From contig OZ024758.1 of NCBI GenBank assembly GCA_964016885.1, positions 21,328,001 to 21,392,000 on the forward strand: a stretch of DNA of 64,000 nucleotides, written 5' to 3'. The notes under the pieces were generated by a model. The model saw only the letters and a program-made list of their open reading frames with translations. It was not told where the DNA came from and searched no databases. Made by a program: the position numbers and the translations under genes. Each line of letters begins with the position of its first letter. Positions within the stretch are counted from its first letter, which is position 1. Of the stretch, positions 57,840 to 64,000 are shown one piece after another. This stretch comes from Eledone cirrhosa. Taxonomy: Eukaryota.

Positions 57840-59802
57840 TAGGTTGTTGCTGTTGTTGTGGTTGTTATTGTGGTTGTTGTTGTGGTAGTGGTGGCAGTAG
57901 TGCTGGTGGTGGTGGTTTCTATTGTGGTTGTGGTGGTGGTGGTAGTTGAGTTGTTGCTGCGGTTGATGTTGTGGTGGTGGTAGTTGTTGTTTGTGGTGGT
58001 GGTGGTAGGTGTTGTGGTGGTTGTTGTGGTAGTGGTGGCAGTAGTGCTGGTGGTGGTGGTTTCTGTTGTGGTTGTGGTGGTGGTGGTAGTTGAGTTGTTG
58101 CTGCGGTTGATGTTGTGGTGGTGGTAGTTGTTGTTTGTGGTGGTGGTGGTAGGTGTTGTGGTGGTTGTTGTGGTAGTGGTGGCAGTAGTGCTGGTGGTGG
58201 TGGTTTCTGTTGTGGTTGTGGTGGTGGTGGTAGTTGAGTTGTTGCTGCGGTTGATGTTGTGGTGGTGGTAGTTGTTGTTTGTGGTGGTGGTAGGTGTTGT
58301 GGTGGTTGTTGTGGTAGTGGTGGCAGTAGTGCTGGTGGTGGTGGTTTCTGTTGTGGTTGTGGTGGTAGTTGAGTTGTTGCTGCGGTTGATGTTGTGGTGG
58401 TGGTAGTTGTTGTTTGTGGTGGTGGTGGTAGGTGTTGTGGTGGTTGTTGTGGTAGTGGTGGCAGTAGTGCTGGTGGTGGTGGTTTCTGTTGTGGTTGTGG
58501 TGGTGGTAGTTGTTGTTTGTGGTGGTGGTGGTAGGTGTTGTGGTAGTTGAGGTTGTGGCTGTTGTTGTTGTGGTGGTGGTGGTAGTTGTTGTGGCTGTAG
58601 TTGATATGGTGGTGGTAGTTGTTGTTGTGGTTGTTGTTGTGGTAGTGGTGGCAGTAGTGCTGGTGGTGGTGGTTTCTGTTGTGGTTGTGGTGGTGGTGGT
58701 AGTTGAGTTGTTGCTGCGGTTGATGTTGTGGTGGTGGTAGTTGTTGTTTGTGGTGGTGGTGGTAGGTGTTGTGGTGGTTGTGGTTGTAGTTGTAGTTGAG
58801 GTTGTGGCTGTTGTTGTTGTGGTGGTGGTAGTTGTGGCTGTAGTTGATATGGTGGTGGTAGTTGTTGTTGTGGTTGTTGTTGTGGTAGGGGTGGCAGTAG
58901 TGCTGGTGGTGGTGGTTTCTGTTGTGGTTGTGGTGGTGGTGGTAGTTGAGTTGTTGCTGCGGTTGATGTGGTGGTGGTGGTAGTTGTTGTTTGTGGTGGT
59001 GGTGGTAGGTGTTGTGGTGGTTGTGGTTGTAGTTGTAGTTGAGGTTGTGGCTGTTGTTGTTGTTGTAGTGGTGGTAGTTGTTGTGGCTGTAGTTGATATG
59101 GTGGTGGTAGTTGTTGTTGTGGTTGTTGCTGTGGTGGTGGGGGCGGTAGTTGTTGTGGTTGTGGTGGTAGTTGAGTTGTGGCTGTGTTTGTTGTTGTGGT
59201 GGTGGTAGTTGTTGTGGTTGTGGTTGATATGGTGGTGATGGTAGTGGTAGTTGTTGTGGTGGTTGTTGCTGTGGTGGTGGTGGTTTTTGTTGTGGTTGTG
59301 GCGGTAGTTGAGTTGTGGCTGTTGTTGTTGTTGTTGTGGTGGTAGTTGTTGTGGTTATGTTTGTGGTGGTGGTGGTTGATATGGTGGCGGTGGTTGTTGT
59401 TGTGGTTGCGGTGGTAGTTGAGTTGTGGCTGTGGTTTGATATTGTTGTGGTAGTACTTGTTGTGGTTATGGTTGATGTGGTGGTGGTGGCGGTGGTAGTT
59501 GTTGTGGTGGTTATTGCTGTGATGGTGGTGGTTGTAGTTGTTGTGGTCGTGGTGGTGGCGGTTGATATTGTGGCGGTGGTTGTTGTTGTGGTTGTGGTGG
59601 TAGTTGAGTTGTGGCTGTGGTTGTTGTTGTGGTGGTGGTAGTTGTTGTGGTTGTTGTGGTTGTTGTTGTTGTTGTTGCTGGAGATGGTGATGGTGGCGGG
59701 GTGATAGTTTTGATGGTTGTTTGTTGTTGCTCTGGTTGTTGTTGTTGTTGTTGTGGTGGTGATGGTGGGGGTGATTGTGATGATGGTTGTTCTTTTTGTT
59801 GC

Positions 59803-59836
<34 letters not shown>

Positions 59837-60100
59837 GTTGGTGGCGACGGTGGCGGTGTCGACGGTGGTGGTGATGATGATGATGATTACGATGATGATG
59901 ATGATGATTACGATGATGATTACGATGATGATGACGATGATGATGATGGTGACGATAATGATGATGATGATTACGATGATGATGATGATGATTACGATGA
60001 TGATGATGATGATGATGATAAAGACGACGATGATGATGCTGATAACGATGATGCCGATGATGACGATGACGATGATGATGATGATGATGGTAACGATAAA
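57840..60100. repeat. GTT/GGT trinucleotide-derived minisatellite with higher-order units, then (GAT)n
   Basis: ~140-bp units 57885-58500, then ~240-bp units. Confidence 0.93.
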
Positions 60101-60171
60101 GACCATAGCTTCGCACTTCACATTATTTTTGGTAACGTTTACAATAGTTAAGAAGATTCTAAGTCAATTGG

Positions 60172-60470
60172 TGATGCTTGATGATGGTTGGCATACTGCG
60201 TTAATGAGACTAGTTATTATGGCTGTTTCATTGCAGCTCATATTAATGGAGAATATCTTGCTAATTACATTGGAATTGATGGCGTGTTTTGTTTCCTGTG
60301 GTAAGAATGCTCCCATGGGGCTGTTTTGAATAATTCCGAGGAAATCTTTCCTGTTGTGCTAAATTGATGAATACCACGATTTATTAAAGAAGAGTTGAAT
60401 TAGTTGAGTGTTTTGACACATACATTAAATTGCTAATCACAAAGTTCGGTTTTCGTTGGAGTTAATTTCA
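60172..60470. repeat. Inverted copy of the 49057-49350 repeat
   Basis: Reverse-complement similarity. Confidence 0.85.
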
Positions 60471-60754
60471 ATTAATTTACTTTGTCTATTTATATTGTCT
60501 GACCGCAGATGAGGAATATATAGAATCCAAGGAAGCTAGGGGTTGGGTGAGCTGCACTGGTAAACTAAATTCCCAACGGACGCCATTAGAAGAGTCTTGT
60601 GAAATGATATTCGGTGTTTCGTGTGGATTAAACATCGAATGTACGTATGCTTGAAATTTCTTCCGAGAAAGTATATATGCAAATGTTTCCACTTCTATTG
60701 CATAATTTGTGATTTTGCAACCAAAGAAATAACATTATGTCTATATATTATTAG

Positions 60755-61137
60755 GTGGTGGATTGGCAGTATCGGTAGAGGGTCGGACGTCATGCTTTCC
60801 AGCATAGTTACGTCCCTTTACGATCTGAGTTCAAATCCCGCCGAGGTTGACTTTGCCTTTCATCCTTACGGGGTCGATAAAATAAAGTACCAGTAATGTA
60901 CTGGGTAATTGCAGGCCTTGTGCCAATAGTAGAAACAATTATTTAACTTGTAGGTGGATTGGCAGTATCGGTAGAGGGTCGGACGCCATGCTTTCCAGCA
61001 TAGTTACGTCCCTTTACGATCTGAGTTCAAATTCCGCCGAGGTTGACTTTGCCTTTCATCCTTACGGGGTCGATAAAATAAAGTACCAGTAATGCACTGG
61101 ATAATTGCTGGCCTTGTGCCTAAAATAGAAACAATTA
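60755..61137 (+). mobile_element. Two near-identical tandem SINE S1 copies
   Basis: 60755-60940 and 60953-61137. Confidence 0.92.
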
Positions 61138-61461
61138 TGTCTATATATTATCTGACGATAGATGAACATATTTCTGAAGCGTTAGATTATTTTACTTCTC
61201 GCGAAAAATCAACTACTAAGCTTCAACTGTTAAACCCTTGCGCAGTATTTCCAAAGGAAAGCAGTAAGAAAACATATTTTTATTGCTCCATGAAACATCC
61301 ATGAGAAGTTGAAGTCTGTTTATTCAAAGCTGGAAACTCACCCGGCCTGTGCTTATCCTTCTTATCATCGGATTCCTTGAAGTTAAGCGACTGCAACGAA
61401 GCTCTCCTGACAGGACTTCTGTCTATCGTAGGTTTAATTCTGCAGCTAATTCTAGGACACA

Positions 61462-61600
61462 TCCTCAGCTGAGATTACTGGAGCAACGTGAAAGAAATAG
61501 TTTTTTGCTCAAGAACACAACGCAGCAATCTGTCCAGGAATGGAACCGACGACATTATGATCTTAAGTCCAGCATCCTAACATTAAGCCACGCTGTTTCA
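61462..61600 (-). mobile_element. Diverged CORE-like SINE S2
   Basis: Reverse complement reads gtggcttaatgttagg...ggttccattcc...cttgagcaa...cacgttgctccag...tcagctg. Confidence 0.7.
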
Positions 61601-62359
61601 CACGAGATATACATACCTCGGGACAAGCACGTCACCAGAAGAGGTTCGTCAACTTGATGACTCAACATATAGAACGTTTTAGAAAGTTTCTCAAATTAGC
61701 AAGTTTTACATTTAGAGTTTCTCTACGTAATGGTACCATATTAACCAACCGTAGGGTTGTTAATGTGGCTGATTCCTTTCCAGAAACCCATTCTCGTAAT
61801 GTAACTTAAGTTTAACCGTAATCAGTTAAAACGATTAGTTTTGGGTATTAGTTTTGTTTCAGGGTGTTATGTAAACTTTTAATGATTGCAATCTTATTTC
61901 CGAAGTCATTTTATTTACTTTCCACACGACCAACCACGTTATTATACGAAGATATAGAAGTAAATGCATCTAGATAATAAGTTATTATGAATTGACTACC
62001 TGTATCAGCTGGTGCGTATGTTATCTATCTTGGATTACTTTGAACTGAAAATAGAACCATAAGGAAATCTAGATTTCTTTCATTGATAAATATTTAAAGG
62101 TGAGATGAAGGGAATAATTAGATACGGTGCTTTAAAAATGTGACTGTATGATGCTAAATGAAATCAGTGATGAATTGTTGTGGAAAGGAAATTTTTATAC
62201 GTAATAGTGTTTGAAAAGACAAAGAGAAAGAATATTGTTAAATACAACAATCGATGAAACGGCGATTTTTTAGAAAAACATACATCGCCATCAGGTAGGT
62301 TCTGCTCAAAGCACGGTTACTGATTCATGCTTAAAATAATTTAATTATATCTTCTAACT

Positions 62360-62702
62360 TCTATATATATAAAAGTGAGAATGTGTGTGTGTTTGTGTAC
62401 AACTTTGGATACCTAAGTCCTTTACAATTACCAACCGAATTTGACAAAACCTTCTGTGCACGTTGCACAGGTAGCTAAGATGGTCATATCACAAACATTT
62501 TTCAAATCGATCCACGTTGAGCAATAAAAAATCGATATCAAAATTATCGGCAGCAAAATTGATCTAAGGGAGATAACCAACTTTATTGACAGACATATAA
62601 ACATCAGATTCATTTGAAGATAAATCATTAATATTATCGTTTGTTTCTTGTTTATTCTTTGTTGCATTTCAAACCCCGGGCAACGCCGGGTAAATCTGCT
62701 AG
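62360..62702 (+). mobile_element. Non-autonomous Helitron
   Basis: 5' TCTATATATATAAAA; 3' hairpin cccgg-gcaacg-ccggg followed 8 nt later by CTAG then T. Confidence 0.82.
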
Positions 62703-62960
62703 TATATATATAAAAATAACATTATTGTGAACGATTGTATGTAGGTCTGTATATGATTTTTTAAGGAGTATAAGGTATGCTTTTGGGGTTCAATGTAATA
62801 ATATATATGGTATACAAATCGGTATATTGACTAACCTATAGTAGTTATATAACTTCATATTACTAATCTCGATATTATAGATCCATCTTACCGTCTTCAT
62901 CAGAAACAATGCTTCTGTTATGCTTAAAAGTTATATTTAATAATGTATTTATATATACAT

Positions 62961-63070
62961 GTGAAGGCTTGTGGCTGAATGTTTAGAGAATTGGATCCAC
63001 AATCTTGAGGTTGTGAACGTGCGATGCATCATGTCCTTGAGCGAGATACTTTATTTTTCACGTTGCTCCT
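62961..63070 (+). mobile_element. Diverged CORE-like SINE S2 fragment
   Basis: gaaggcttgtggctgaat...gtccttgagcgagatactttattt...cacgttgctcc. Confidence 0.6.
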
Positions 63071-64000
63071 TCTACCTGGAGTTGCGACCGATAGATAGTA
63101 TTAGCAACTGGAAAGACCGACGAAAACATTGTTTTATCGGTCCGATTTGACGAAAGTCGATGGATCCTTTTTTATATATAGATATACATCTAAAAATAAC
63201 ACTGTTTAGGAGGAATAAACAAGTACTAACAATAACCTGCATTCGATTGGTCTTACAACAAAAACTCATATAAAAAATGTTCCATGAACCTAAACAAGGT
63301 CCCATAAAGAAGTTACCATGTCCTTTTGCTGTGTCGAGTCTTTGTCTCATTTACAATGTTTAGTTAATGGAGAGTTCTAGACAAAGGTTAAATATGAACA
63401 TCATATTTCATTTCCCCCTGTCTAAAACATATAGTTCCATTTAGATAAAGCCAATACCATAAACATCATCCTGTAAATAGCTGACCAACAAATTTCGCTG
63501 AAGTATGGAAGCAATTTTTGCTCATATAAATATTTAATTTTTTTAGTCTAATTTGTTGAACGCTTGGCTTCTATCGATACTCTTGCTAGAGTTTGTTGGT
63601 GTTTAAAAAATTAATGCGAAAAATATATTAAAGTTTAAAACAAATACTATAAAATATTATATAAAATAACTAAAATATGTGAGTGGTAGAGACGATATAT
63701 CAAGCGAGTAATTGCTTTCATTTATTTCCTTTTTACCTCAGCGTTCAATTAGTATATATATCGTATATAGCTCTCATCCCTCTGAGGTCAAGTATAAGTC
63801 AAATGCTGGATTCTAATTCATCTACTGAATAAATAGCTTACATGATCAGTTATTTACCAGTTTTAGAAATGAGTGTGATAAAAACACTAGAATGTCAGAA
63901 GTGTAGTTAAATTCAACGATAGACGTGGCCGAGAAAAGTATTATGGAAGAGGCTTGTAGTGTATTTAAAATGATCTCATCCAATTTGCTGATCGTTTATA

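Noticed and set aside
57776-60121. 781-aa minus-strand ORF as a CDS
   Set aside because: Entirely trinucleotide repeat; the same repeat unit is read in different frames along the ORF; no domain
60509-60640. Possible host exon (cag acceptor, open frame, gtgag or gtacgt donor)
   Set aside because: No recognisable peptide and no partner exons; splice-like motifs are expected by chance. The same applies to 12444-12505

Overview
AT-rich, microsatellite-saturated animal DNA with one 200-N gap. The SINE families and (TA)n density suggest an octopus, which is an inference. I recognise no host protein-coding gene; almost all ORFs in the track are microsatellite translations. Conventional content: about 30 full or partial copies of one tRNA-derived SINE (several in tandem arrays), a second CORE-like SINE family, LINE relics (Tx1/L1 zf-RVT 3' end inside a GATA repeat, CR1-like, several RTE 3' ends, a CRE-like RLE end), piggyBac- and mariner/pogo-type MITEs, a non-autonomous Helitron and several minisatellites. 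The main discovery is about ten unrelated short (80-400 bp) non-coding elements sitting inside (TA)n tracts. They carry minimal type I hammerhead-ribozyme folds with palindromic stem III, often form long fold-back palindromes, and share a short ACTC...GAGT(A/G)C tail hairpin. They are best read as ORF-less Penelope-like pseudo-LTR or retrozyme-like insertions. All folds and alignments were done by eye and coordinates of degenerate elements are approximate.
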